Made by a program: the position numbers and the translations under genes. A DNA stretch of 64,000 nucleotides from Anthoceros angustus (taxonomy: Eukaryota > Plantae > Anthocerotophyta): positions 1,302,001 through 1,366,000 of the forward strand of contig MU008162.1 of assembly GCA_010909165.1 (NCBI GenBank). The letters run 5' to 3'. The notes under the pieces were generated by a model. It ran no database searches and was not told the origin of the DNA. It saw nothing but the letters and a program-made list of their open reading frames with translations. Shown one piece after another: positions 9,844 to 23,307 of this stretch (position 1 is the stretch's first letter; each line of letters opens with the position of its first letter).

Positions 9844-12800
9844 CTAGGAGGATGGAGGCGTTTCTATGTCAGAGCCCTTGGGCTGCTCAGCGTCCAAGCC
9901 ACCACCTTCATCATCTGCTGAGAGGTCGCGTAACTCCCTCCTTGAAGAAGTTGGCTCTTCATCCAGCAGCAAATCAGGGTTTACCATTCCTGGACCTGCC
10001 CCTAAAGGCTTTGGAATGCCTCCAGGCGGAACTTGACGTGGCTTGGGAACCTGACCATGACCTCCCCCCCTGCCTACACCTGTACCCAGGCCTAACTGCA
10101 AAGCATTGGCATTGGTGACAGGAATGGCAAGGGTTCCATGCCCAGCACCAGGAGCCAAATTGCCTGCCCCCTGTTGAACCCCATTTTGAGGACCACCCTG
10201 GCCAGTTTTCTTACTATTAGAGTTCGCTGCAGAAGGTTGAGAAGCAGAATTTGCTGCAGGAGAAGGTTGCTGGGCCCTGGGCGGTGGTGACTTTGGACGA
10301 AGAGATTCTATCTCTGGAGTAGTGCCTACTAGGTGAGGAGCATCGACTGGAGGATTCCCTCTGCCACCATGCCACACCTTTCCATCGCCATCGGCATAAT
10401 ACTTCACATATGTCTGCATAAACAGATCACGTGCTTGAGATCGCCATTCACTACCATAGGCAAAACCACAAAAATAACTGATTTGACACAAACTGATGCA
10501 TGAGGGTAGTAAATTGAAGCAGGTCACCGTTGGATTGAAATTAGAAGAGCTAAGGCCCTTGCCCACTGTCAGCCACCCTGCACGGATATTGTGGTCCTCT
10601 CCAAAAAGTTCAATCCGTCGCTGGCCTTGAGCAAAATGCTCAATAATATGATACAACTCTTCTGGCTTTGCAGTAGAGCCTGCAAAGGACAGAGGCACAT
10701 ACACCCGTTACTACGGTAAACAGAAGTCTCCACCAAAGGAGTCAAAATTACAAACCATGTTCAATATATTCACCACATAAAAGACGAAATGCACATGCAT
10801 CCCAGCCAGGAGCGAATCACATACCATAAGCTGGCTCTTCCGATATGATGATGTCCGTATCCACATTGGCATGGATTATGTGCCCGTCCGTGCTCCGTCG
10901 AACTGTGCCTTTTATGCCCATCAAGCAGTGCTCCTGCAACATCCAATTGAACCCAATCAGTTTCCTGTCTGCACAGAAAAGGCTTCTGTCCAGCAAGAAA
11001 TATTCCGTGGTATGCACAACATACCACATACTGATGCAGAAAACCAAGTAGCTCACTAAATCCAAAATGGGAGGCCAGACTCCTTGTTCATACTTTGGAG
11101 TGCTGGAACAGTGTATTTGCATCATGTCGCAAAGCTGGAGTAGGATTTTCCCTGTTCGTCTTCACCCAGCATATGTCTTCACATCTCCGGAAACCCCACT
11201 GCACAGAATTCTTCAATGTCATTGCAGGTACCTCTAGTCCAAAGCCTGGCAGATGAGCCGCGGACATCCAAAGCCAGCATACTCAGAGCCAGCATATCCA
11301 CCACCCCTTACAATGAAAACAACAGTGCGTCTGTCCTACCTTTTTCAAACAGAGCCGCCCCTGGTCAAGCCCCTCAGCATCTCCCACCCACAAGAAAATG
11401 AAAGCAGGTGTATCCGCAATCGCCTACAGCACATAAGGAAAAAACAGTATCAATGTTAAAACATTTTTTACAGCAGGACTTCGACACCTGCCAATCACAT
11501 CATGGGTGTCATTCAAACTTGAGTTTCTTACCTCAATCCGAAGATTTTGAATGTCTTCATACGACCACCACTCCATTGAGTCTCCAACCCCAGGGGCCCG
11601 CCGGACATATTCCTCCCAGGGTGGATCTACAAGAATCACATCAAATTTTGTACCAAACGATTCTGGCCGTAGCTCTGTGGTGCGCAGGTCACATTGCAAA
11701 TACATCGGTGGGCAGGCATGGTCAGCGATAAGCTTATCCTTTCTGGAAATCAGCTCCTTGAGCTTAGGGTACTCCTCAAACCTGTCTGCTAGATCCACAT
11801 CCCTAATAAAATTCTGAGGTCGCAATCCAGTATCCACAAAATGCTGGGAATAATCATTTTGCTCTCCTCTGGATGGTCCCCTGCCAGCAGGAGGATGGAC
11901 TCTTCCTCCCCCTCTAACAGCACCAGGGCCCCTCTCTGCAGGCAATCCACGCCCCCCATAGAGAGGACCACCTCCAAACATGACCCCAGGCATTCCACCA
12001 GGACCTGCACCTCTGCCAGGTGGATTAAAGAACATGTTCGGACCGGGAACAGGCCCAGGTCCGAACCTAAGGCCTGGCCCAGGTCCAGGCGGAGGGCCAC
12101 CCATCATGCCCATGTCTCCCCCTCCTCGGCCACCCCACCCCATAGGTCCACCAAAAGGGGGTAGAGGAAAAACTCCAGGTCCCATGCCAGGTCCTGGCCC
12201 CATTCCAGGTCCCATCCCTGGAAGTCCCGGAGGCCCTAAGTGACCGAAATGATGGCCCATCCCGGGCCCAGGTCCCAGGCCTGGTCCTGGTCCTGCACCC
12301 ATAATAGGAGACATGATCCCCCTTCCGTCTCTTGGACCACTGACCCTTCCTCCTTTGCCTCCCATTCCTCTGACACCTCTTACACCCTTTCCTTGCGCCT
12401 GCATCATTGACCTTGGCATTTGACCAGAACCCTGGTTATTCATACAAGGGACACGACCATCATGGCCCATCATCATGCCCCTCCCTCGGTTGTTTGGAGA
12501 ACCTTTAGGGCCCCTGCCTCGTACAGCATAATGATTTCCACCCTCTCCACCCCCTCTCCCAGGACTGCGCCCATAGCTCTGTTCATGCCCATGAAGACCC
12601 TCATCATCCAGCAAATACCGTTCCCTTGGATCCCCACCAGCAAGATACACACCATCTCCCATTCGCATCCTTTCATCTGGAATGTGGCCATCCCATTCGT
12701 TCTCCCCTAGAGCCATTGCCTCTCCAGGAAACAAATCTCTAGGCGGAAAGGGACCACCGTGAGGCATGGAAAAGCCCCTTCCAGGGTCCATATGCAATAT

Positions 12801-15536
12801 AGGGCCATTCCCTGCACCACGTCCATCATTGCCTTTAACCTTCATTTCCTCCATCCTTTCTCGCTGTGTCCTGTCTCTGTAGTGGTCCTTCCTATGATCG
12901 ACTGACTCCTCCCACTCCCGGCCTTGCTCCCTGCTGTCCCGATCCCATCCCCATTCAATCTCTTTCTCCCAGGCTGGTCTGTCTCTTTCTCTATGTCTGT
13001 CTCGCTGTCTGTCCCGACCCCTTCTGTATACCTTCTCCCTATCAAAGTCCTCTCTTTCCTCTGACCAATCCTTGTCATGATCATCACCTTCTGCGGCATG
13101 CCAGGCTGCTCTCCCATCCGGGCTGGGTGATCCCCTTGCAACTTTTCCACTACGGCTCCTTGAAGCATATCTCATGTCCTCAGATTCTTCCCATCCTGAC
13201 TCATTACTATCTCTGGCCCTCACCCTGTCTCTTTCTTCACCTCCGCGTCCTCCTCTTCTTGATGACCTTCCCACATCCTCAGCACCATCCACATCCTGAT
13301 GAACAATGCGGACCCTGTCCCTGCCACATCGATGCTTATCAAGTTTATCTTCCTCCCCTCGTTTGCTTCTTCCAGCTCTCCCTGTCACTTCCAGCTCATC
13401 CCAACCAATGTCAGTTCTATCCCTCGCTCCTCTCGGCCGATCCCTATGATCCTCCACCCTTTCACTCTTCCTTCCAGCCTGTTTGGCCGGATCTTCAAAC
13501 TCCTCTCCTTCCAATTCAGGATGACCTAGATCCACTCGTTCTTGGCTGTCAATTTTGTCACACCTTGAATCAGGTTCATCTTTAGGATGTCTCATGCCCC
13601 GATCTTTTTCTCGCCCAGTTCTCTTCTTTTCAGAAGAAAGCAGGTTCTCTTGATCCTCCCACCCAGCTCGTTTGTTATCAACCTCCTTCCCCCTCCGGCT
13701 TCTCTTCATATTAACATCTGAACCAGGTCCCTGAAGCTGGACATCTAGGTTTCCCCGCTCCAATCTAGCCTCCCTGAATCCTAAGTCCTGATCATAATCA
13801 TCCATGTCTCCCACCCTCCCAGCTGGACTAACCGACCCCCGGGCAGCCTTTCCACTGCGGCTCTTGCCGGCATGTCTTGTATCTTCAGACTCATCCCAAC
13901 CTAATTGTACAGCATCTCGTCCCCGCAACCTATCCTTCTCGTCATCTCCCCGGCCTCCTTTGAAGATGGACCTTGCCCCATCCTCTAAGTCATAATGGCT
14001 ACCACCAGCTTTTTCCCTGCACGGCCGGTGTTTCTCTAGCCTCTCTTCTTCTCCCCTTTTGCTTCTACCTGGTCGACCACTTCCTTCTAAATCATCCAGA
14101 CCACCATCTGCTCGCTCTCTCCCACTTCTGAGGCGATCCCTATGGTCCTCAACCCTATCATTCTTCCTTCCAGCTTGTTTGACTGAATCCTCCAAGTCCT
14201 CCAATTCAGACTCCCTGTTAGGATGACCCAGATCTACAAGTCTACCTGAGCCATCATCATCCTTTGCTTGTCTCATACCCCGATCTCTGTCCCGCCCATT
14301 TTTCTTTTTCTCAGCAGCAAGAGAGCTTTCTTGGTCGTCCCGCACAGACCTCCTACTTTCCAGGTCTCTACCCCTCCTACTCTTCTTGGAGCTGCCATCC
14401 AAACCTAACACCGTGAATTGGACATCCTGTTTCCCCCTCTCAATCACGTCATCAGCTCGTAGTTCTTTCCCATCTGCAGACTCGTAGACTAAATCATGGC
14501 GTTCCCCACTGGCATTATCAACCTCTTCCTCACTGCGATGTTTGTCAGATTTGCGGCCCGTCTTCCCTTCAGAAGCTCTCTTACCTGAGCGTGAATCTAA
14601 AAAGTCACCTGTGATGCTGACAACCAGATCCTTCTCCCCCTTCGCCCCAGGTACAGTGATCTTTCTGCGGGCGAGACCTGAAGCCTCTTCCTTCAGTCCC
14701 CTCTCAAGTCTGCCTGATTTCTCACCTTTCTCCCTCCTACTCTCAGACTTTCCTCTGTCATCCACATCCTTGAGCTGCTTGCTGCCCCCTTTGAACTGCT
14801 TCTCAGGGTGCTCCTCCCAGTCCCTCACTTCTTTGAACTCACTGACATCATTCACCGCCACATCCTTGAAAGACCTGTGTGTTTTCCCTCCTTTCTCGTT
14901 GTAATCGTCCTGCACCTCCCTAAAAGACCTTTCACCTCTGTCATAGTCGGCTGTGTGCTCCTTTCCCCCTCTTGCCCCTTTCTGAACAACTTCTTCAGCG
15001 GGCTCCTCCCCGAATCTCCAGCCTCTGTCACCATACTCCTCACACTCCTCCTTCACCTCCTTCGTGCGCATCGATCTGTCCCCCCCTCTACCCTCAAATT
15101 CGTCTCTGACATCCTTAGACCCCCGCGACACCCTCTCCACCCACTCCTCTCGGCCGGCGCCATCAGCCCTGGAAACCCGGTCCGATCTTGACGATCTTTT
15201 CTCCTTACTCCCCTTCTCCACCCCATTCCTCCTCTTGTGACTTAACCTACCCGCATCCTCCGACTCGTCCCACAGCCCCTCCACTCGATCGCCCCGCTTC
15301 TTTCCACTGCCCCGGTCCTCATCCACAACCTCAGCAAACCCGTCTTGCTCCTCGCCCCGACCTCGCCTCCCTGCCGGCTCCTTCTCGCTCTTACCTTTCC
15401 TTGACTTCCCATACCTATGCCGCCGGTCCGGCTCTTCCCACTCCCCTTCCCTACCCTTGTAGTACTCGGAGCTCTCCGAGATCTTCCGCCGCTTAGCCAG
15501 GTCATGCTCCTTATTGCTGGCTTCGGGGCTATCCAT
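9844..15536 (-). CDS. MTB: m6A mRNA methyltransferase subunit MTB (METTL14 orthologue)
   Basis: A ~4-kb first coding exon ends [21 protein letters not shown]...[19 protein letters not shown]. Downstream exons give [48 protein letters not shown] and [20 protein letters not shown]. Confidence 0.95.
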
Positions 15537-16494
15537 GGATGCCCCTGCTCAAGCGGCTGCAGCAGAGTAGGGCAAAGTCCGCACGCACTGCAACAGTGTC
15601 TCGTTCCAACAGCTCTCATCTTCGTGCAGGCACCCGGCAGCCTCCATGCTCACCCGCACATATCACGAATCCGGCAACCCGCAGCCCCTCAGCATCCGTA
15701 AACACTCCACTTCCTGCCACAATCTCAGCATGCCAGTTCTTTCACCCTGCCACAGCTTGGTCCAGCACTGCTGGACTCACTGAAACCCTAGAACAGACGA
15801 GCACCAACTCCCGCTTCCTAAAAAATGCTCCTCGAACCCAGCAGGCCCCGAACGCTCTGCCACAACCAATCCAGCCCACAAACCCTTTCTGGAAGTTAGC
15901 AAGCAGAGTCGCTTGCCTCACAAGACGCCGTCACCTCCGAGCCTGCAAAACCGAACTCCCACAACCAATTTCTCCTGCTGTCTCCAGAACGCTCGAGACC
16001 TAGCAAATCTGCGGAACTCCACTCTGTAGTCCACCCCCCAGTCCCGCAGCAAAAGCGAGACCCCAGCAGCCGTAGCCTCGCACCAGAGACAAGGTCAGTC
16101 CAGGCAGCGTCACGCTCCACCTGCAGCGTCCGCTGCTACAGTGGCCGCAGCAAGATGCAACGCAACGGTGCAAAAATCATTCCATCGTCCGCCTGGCAAA
16201 TGCGAGAAATCAAGCAACACAGCCTCTGCAAAGAGCTCTGCCGGGAGATGCGCGGGCACCGGGAACTGGCACCAGGTCCGGTTACCGGGGCTGCTGAACC
16301 ACCCGTCCAGTTTTTTGGTTTGAACTTCGGGGTATACGTACATAGGTACTCCTGGGTTCGGCTAACTTGCACCCTGTCAGTACTCCTTTTCATATTATAA
16401 AACATGTTTTCAGAGAATTCGGAGACTTTACATAGAGATTTCAAGGTATACATGAAGTCCCGTACTGCTTTTAATGCTATAAAAGATGGTACTC

Positions 16495-16575
16495 TGAGAG
16501 CTTTAATTTGGGGTCCCGTACTATGGGAGTTTTAATTTGGAGTGCCCCACTGTGGGAGTTTTAATTTGGAGTAAT
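16495..16575 (+). repeat. ~29-bp tandem repeat
   Basis: (g/c)ttttaatttggagt...act(a/g)tggga repeated about 2.7 times. Confidence 0.7.
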
Positions 16576-16980
16576 CCGGTAGAGCACTAGTAACTGGAGT
16601 TTGAAATCCACAGGCCTCGCACACTGCGGAGAAGAGGGCATAATTTTAGGGCACTAAAACTAAAGTTTGAAATCTAGAGGGCCCTATACACTATGGAGAT
16701 GAGAGCATGATTTTTTAGCTGAGGAATGGGTGGCACCCCATCCAAATAGTAAACCGTCCAAAGGATGCTTAACTGTGGAGTTCCAATGAACTCATGCTTT
16801 TGAGGAGTCACAAAAGATGTTTCAATGAGTCTTACAAACCATCTACAACGGATTGTCATTTGAACATTTGAAGTCTAACATATATAAGGTGTTTTTATTG
16901 AGGAAAGAGAAAATAGGGGTGAACCCATCTGTAAAGTACATCAAAGGGAGATCCCAAGGGTCAAAGTAAAGAAGGAGCAA

Positions 16981-17480
16981 CTATGCTCCATGTCTGAGAT
17001 GTGCGAGATAATAAAATGTGAGACCTTCTATGTGTCTAAAGTCACCTATAGCGCCTAAGATGTCATAACTAGGGAGATTGAATGGCCTACATATTAGTGA
17101 ACTAGTCGAGAATGCATGTCCAACAGTCAACGATATCCATAAGATGGCCACTACAAGTGCACGTTGGAGGGCAATGGCCACTCGCTGCCGAAAGAACGTT
17201 GCGGAATAGGAGAGAGGTATCCCCACTTCATATCTCCTAGCATGGTATGCTTTGGCATTGGACTCGATAAATTTATCGAAGTCTTCAACCCACGCTCCAT
17301 AAGTCTCCAAGGCAAGCGGGATGAACAGGTGGACATATTGAAGATACCTCCGTACAAGTTTAGAAATTCATTTGAGGGAGGATATTATGTCCCTGTTCGG
17401 GTGAACGATGTCACACTATAGTGAATAACACAGATGTGTCCGGACAAGTGGCCTTGCACTGGTCGTAAGCAAACGTGCAT
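16981..17480 (-). mobile_element. 3' remnant of a CRE/SLACS-like (REL-endonuclease) non-LTR retrotransposon
   Basis: DIVHP...HLFIPLALETYGAW...SATFFRQRVAIALQRA is the typical tail of a restriction-like endonuclease domain. Frameshifted. Confidence 0.7.
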
Positions 17481-19132
17481 AGAACATGGAGACTAAAACC
17501 ACAAGCTCCAACGAATCAGTGCTCAAGCAATCTTGCAGACTAGTTTAGTTCTTAATGCTAAAATGCTAATTATCTCGCTGAACTTCTTGAAGCACTTTGA
17601 CCAAAGTGCACAAAAACCACTGGCTTGCAAAGTGCGGTTTAAACAGCCAATCCTCCAAGTTGTGCCCTTCAACGAACCATACCACTACTGGAGTGTCCCA
17701 AGTGCTGCACAAACGAAGCCACCGTTCTGCACCCCAAAGGACGAACATTTTCTCACATTTGGCTATCGTAAAGTGCCAAGCTATTTCTTGAATTGGGTTC
17801 CACTATAGCTGCCCTAACTGCTTATGTGCAAACAAGATCTCATAAATTGTCCCAAACCCACAAGATGCCGCTACGAGCATAAGCCACCAGAATGGAAATC
17901 ACGGTTAGATGCTTCTACTTGTCTAGTGGAAATTGCACCACGGTGGATTGGAACAACCACAATTGCCTAGATACGTCAGGTGTGAGAACTAGGACTGGAT
18001 ACTCCTTGTGGAGCACATTCAACAACCTCCACATCTGCTTCTTTCCTCCTCCATATGATGAGCATGATGACTTTGAGCGTCTTACATGATGGTTCATGGC
18101 CCCCTGGTTTCCAACCTTGGGCTCATCTTTCTTGTTCAACGCACCACTTCCTTTGGGTTATGACACTATCTTTCTGATCCTTCTTCAGCTAATCCTAGAG
18201 CTTTTTCAAGGTCTGCACGAAGAATTTGGTAAGCCCCTCATTGCCATGCCGTCCACCTCGTCTTCAGCCATAGCCACGCCCTTTGACCTAATCGTTTGAG
18301 TACCAACCAGTCGCCGTGGATATGCTCCCGGTATTGTTGCCCCAACAATGTTTTTTGGTGACTGGGCATACTAACTTGTGGTTAGTTCTTATAACAATTC
18401 TTGGTCTTCCTCAAGGTGTCTCCGAGCTTCCTCTTCTACTATCGCCTCTTATCCCTGAGAGGCGGGGACAGGTGGCAATTCCTTCAGCATGAGGGACCCC
18501 TTGCAATCTGTTGACCGCGTCACAGCCTACAAAGCTAAGACTTGGCTCCGATACAAATATGTCAGGGCCAAATGGCTAGGACATGCTTGTGGCTCTAAGC
18601 GAGGTCCAACTTCTAGCGACATCCTGGATACTTATAACTTCAAAATGATATACGTGTCCATATCCGTGGGAGCATGGGTATTGCACATCTTCCCCATGTC
18701 AAATCTACTCTATGTTTCAATGTATGACTCATCCTCAACCTACTGCGCTCTAGACAATGTTCAACTACCGTACCGTTCTAGTTACCCTAATTCATGTCAT
18801 TACCAATACTTTCCGTTATCCGTTACATTGCTTCTCCTTGAAAGAGACTTGAATTGAAGCCCACAGAAACCATTTGCAGGGAACAAGGAAAAAAAAGGCA
18901 TAACTTGAAAGCTTGGATTTATTAGCGAAAGGGACGTGCAAGTTACCACAATAATGTAATGTTTGAAGCGGGTAATATACAAAGCCGCTTCAAGGAAAAT
19001 GGAAGCCACTTACAAAAAACTTGACGTCGTTTTGAGTATGTTTTATTTTTCCGCCGGTAGGTATTATTGGCTATTATTTGTCTTGGGTCATGTTTAGGCG
19101 AAATAGCTGTTACGTATGTATGGTGGTCCTGG

Positions 19133-19291
19133 CTTTCTCTTAATAGGGCATCGGCATGCCCGTACCCTAAAAGAAACCTTATCTAATAAATTAAAATAAC
19201 TCAACTTGTCCCGACTTTCTCTTAATAGGGCATCGGCATGCCCGTACCCTAAAAGAAACCTTATCTAATAAATTAAAATATCTCAACTTGT
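19133..19291 (+). repeat. 82-bp near-perfect tandem duplication containing a gggcat-cggc-atgccc hairpin
   Basis: Copies start at 19133 and 19215. Confidence 0.9.
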
Positions 19292-20319
19292 GACTTGATC
19301 TTGACACCTTTAGTTTGTAGAGCCCTGTACTTACCACTTCATCAACTTGTTCCAAACTTGAGTACATACCTCTTCACCAACTCCGTTGCAGACGTTATTT
19401 TGGTTTGCTTGAAAAAGGATATATATAACTTTATAAAAATGCTAGCATGCTGGCACCTCATGTTCTTATTGTCCCTCTAAAAGGCGTCGGTATGTCGGTG
19501 CCCTTAGATAGGTTGTGTGTGCACACCGATATGGCTGCTCCACATAGACACTCTGGCTTGCAACCACTTGTCGCGTACCAATATACATTATGTCTTATCG
19601 CGCTAGACCATGGGGCGAGAGACTTAATATTTCTAATCAGTCCAGCTTCTCGATCCTTGTGATCAGCTCGATAACATGACAAACAAATGAGCAACGAAGG
19701 CTTTATGTAGTAAAAAGAGATGGAAAATTCTATCTACCCCAAAACGAAGGGGAACAACCGTCAAGGGTGCACCATGCCAAGGGGACTAGCCACCGCAATT
19801 GCCTTTTTTTTAATACTACCTATTATTCTAAGAATGTCGTGGTCTGGGATATGAAAAGGCCTAGGCACCTACCATTGCTGCCAAAGATGCCGCATCCCCT
19901 GCACTTGCTGCCGTCCTATACACTATATTGACCAGTATCCTTTGCAGAGCGATCGACACCTGTTGTCTGAAAAAGACAACCATGTAAGAAAGGGGCAAAC
20001 CAACCCAAACATGGGATTGTGATATTAAGCTTTGGAACAAGCCTCGATGAACCTGAAGAAATCCTTACCCAAATCATACATTAAGGATTATCAAGCCCAA
20101 GGGTCCGCACCAGCCATACCGGCACTTTATGTGGTATATCCAGCTCCGTTTACCAATGAACGCGGCCAATTATTTAGCCGGCGGCGCAACAATATCGCCG
20201 CCAAGGACCAGAAGGATGCTTCATGTGCAGCTTCGCCAATTGGCATCTAATGGCAGCAGGTGGAAGCCAATGAGATTGTGTTTCACCATCTTCAAAACCG
20301 AGTTTTTCGCGCTGTTAAA

Positions 20320-22965
20320 ATGGCTCGCGTTTTCTGCGGGCTCCGTTCCTTTCGGGAAGACAAAGGCTACGTGTTACTGGCTTTCTGCTCTGAAGCAAAT
20401 GCATTGCTCCTACCCTCTGGTGATGGCTGCTGTGCCCATTGCGTGTTGCAATTCTGGCGTGTGGTGAACACAGTTGCCGGGGAAGACAGCACTTTTGGTT
20501 TTTGCATTTCAAAGTGAAAGTTGTTCGTAGTGGCGAGGTGGGTCCTTTCTTTTCCTCACCGTGTCGGAGATCCTGACGGTTTGGACCTTGGCAAGGTGGC
20601 TGATTCCAACAGTATTCTTTGACTCTTGCGAAAATTGCAGCCATGGAGGGCCTGGCAACGTACTGGAAATGTAGTGCCATGCCGGATTCCCAAGCTGTGC
20701 AGAGGCATGGTACTGTCCTGAATTCAAGCAGCCAGACAGGAGCAGGATGTGATACCAGAATGGGGGCAGGTTGCCCGGCAATCATCCCCGCCTCCCAGTC
20801 CAAGGTAGTTGGAATGCAGCCAGCTGTGCAGCCAGTCGTCCTCCAATTTGGTATCATAGTTGCCACGATTTGGCTGCTTTGCTGGGTTTCTTGTACTGTG
20901 GGGGAGAAGGAAGTGTTTGTTGAAATGCGTGTGTTGGGCGTTGCCAGCTCGGTTGCAGCTTCAGGGGGCAGAGGTTAAACAGGAGGTCAATGACTCGCAG
21001 ATTTGGAGTCATGGGACTGAAGGTCAGACAGCTGCAACCGCGAACAAGTCGATATGGCTGGAGAGCACATGTGCACCCGCCCAATGTGGATCTTGGTAGA
21101 CCGTTTGAAGGTTTGAGTGGTGTCGAGGAGAATTTTCTTGATGATGTCAGCAGCTACATCTTCAGGAGACTGCGGGCTGTCCTGGGACCTTATTTCCCTC
21201 AGGACTTCGATCCCCTTGCTTGGCTGCCCATGGAGATCCATTGCAAGCTTCACAGAAGTGAGGTCATTGTAAGTTTTGCCTGTCCTGGTGTTTTGAGCAT
21301 CTTGGAAGAGCATGAGGTCTGGAATCTTGTATGTATGATATGCTTCAAATCTGTTTGCTTCTTGTGGCAGGCCACGCTCTTGGTTCGTGAGTCGCTTATG
21401 TTTGCCCTCGACTTCTTCTTGTACAGACGAGTGGAGGGTATCTGCCGCTGGGCCTGCCGGTATGCTGCTTGTACTGAACTCTCGCCGTCCTGCTACCATG
21501 GGGTGTTTGTGGTTGCATCGTTGGACTCATCCATCGCCTCTTGAGGCAGGACGTACAACACGAGGCTGCACTCAGAGCGCACATGGTCTGAAGAAGACTT
21601 CAAGGACTCTGTCTTCCGGGCAATGTTGAACCCCGTCAAGTTCACCATTGTTCTTTGGTCCGTCACCCGAGCGTAAGTGACAAGCAAAGCATATGATGTT
21701 ACACATGTCCCAAAGCATATGATGTTGTATGTCGCTTGCTGATTGTGGTGCCTCCTGCCTTGCAGATTGCACAATGTAGCGCCCTTGTTCAAGGTGAAAA
21801 CAAGTGTGCATTGGGTGGGCAACACTCGTGCTGTAGGACTTATTGTGGCCCTCACCTGGTTCCTCTCAAACTGGAAGAGCATGTTCGTGCGGCAACTGGC
21901 AAGCGAACACAGGACCGATGCAGTAAGCCACTTCAACTACTGAAACAAAAGAGTTGCACCATTGCCTGTACTTGACATATGTAGCCTACTCTCTTGCAGC
22001 CTCGGATTGTTGCCGCTGATAAGGTCGTCTCTCTGCTCCTGTACTACTTGGCCGTATCTGCTGCTGGAGAGATCACGGGCTTCGGCCTCCGTTCTCTCCT
22101 GGCAGTTGGAGGTATTTCAAGTAAGGACACCGTCTGTCTCAGCCGTGAAAACTTGACTGCATTCGTTTTCTTCGTCTCATCCAACACCTTTCCCTTTCAG
22201 GTATAGCTGTCGGACTAGCTGCTAAGGAGATTGTGAGCAACTTCTTTGGTGGCACTGTGCTTTTTGTAACCCGCCCGTTTGTGATCGGCGAGCGAATCAA
22301 GGTTGGTGCCCTCTTCTGCAGTTTGGTGCAATGCCACGGCTCCTTCGCACTGCTGACCACCCATGGCACTAAGCTACCCGGCCGCATGCATGTTGCAGGC
22401 TGGGCAGTTTTCAGGGCAGGTGCAGGATATTGGGTTTCTCCAAACAAAGATTCTTGGGTTCGACAAAGTCCCCATCCTTGTTCCCAACCAAGCCTTCATC
22501 AACCAGGTTATCACCAATTACTCCAGAGCCAAGGGTAAACTTATGGACGTTGTGTTCCCAGTTCGAAATCAGGATGTCTTCCTCGTGGAGAAGATAACAG
22601 CTCGAGTTCTGGAGTATTTGAGGACACACCCAGATGTGGATAAAGCAATGGGAGCTCCAACCTGCCATTTGAAATCGCTAGGGTCCATGGGCACGGAGAT
22701 AGCTCTCACATGTGTCATTCCAACCAAGGTTAGTTCAGTTCATCACCTGCCTGCTTGACCCACGGCCATGGCTAGCTTTTCTCATCAAGCCGCCGTTCTA
22801 TCACAGAGTGGAGTCGATTTCTACCAAGCCCAGCAACGTATCGTCTTGCGAGTGGCCCAGATAATTGTCGAGGAAGGAGCCTCCCTTGGATCCAACGCGC
22901 CATTTTCGCCCACAATACCATCTTCCGAAGTCGTCATACAGGGTCCTGTTCCAGCTTCCCAATGA
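20320..22965 (+). CDS. MscS-family mechanosensitive channel (MSL1/YnaI-like), multi-exon; 5' end uncertain
   Basis: Exons from ~21550: FKDSVFRAMLNPVKF, LTWFLSNWK, LRSLLAVGGIS-GIAVGLAAKEIVSNFFGG..LFVTRPFVIGERIK, GQVQDIGFLQTKILGFDKVPILVPNQAFINQVITNYSR. The start at 20320 is tentative. Confidence 0.8.
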
Positions 22966-23307
22966 CAAAGGACTTGGGATTGTACCCTTCCCGTAGTAAT
23001 TTCAGCGCCTTTTTCGACACATTTCTGTAGCGAAAGTTTTACAAAACAATTTCACCGCTTTTTTCGACACATTTCTGCAACGAAAGTCTTACAAAACTCT
23101 TCCAGGAAACACTTTCCCTTCCCTAGAAGTACTTTTTGTTTTCAAATATATTTCAAGCTTTCTTACTATTACTCGAAAAAAGACGGGTCAGATGTCGACC
23201 TTCCTGACTCAAATTTATCCGAGCAATAGCTCGTCCCGGATACACTGAATGGTACAAAACCATGCAGGCAGCTCTGGGTGCTCTATTGAAAACCACCCTA
23301 TTCCTAC

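Noticed and set aside
11600-11660. Catalytic-type DPPW motif in a METTL14 orthologue
   Set aside because: Plant MTB proteins are known to keep DPPW, so it is not novel.
15820-15850. GGGTTCGAG T-loop-like motif on the minus strand
   Set aside because: There is no T-stem pairing or cloverleaf. No tRNA is supported anywhere in the window.
19935-19942. GTATCCTT resembling a U12 5' splice site
   Set aside because: It is intergenic, with no exon context or branch point. I found no U12 introns in the genes.
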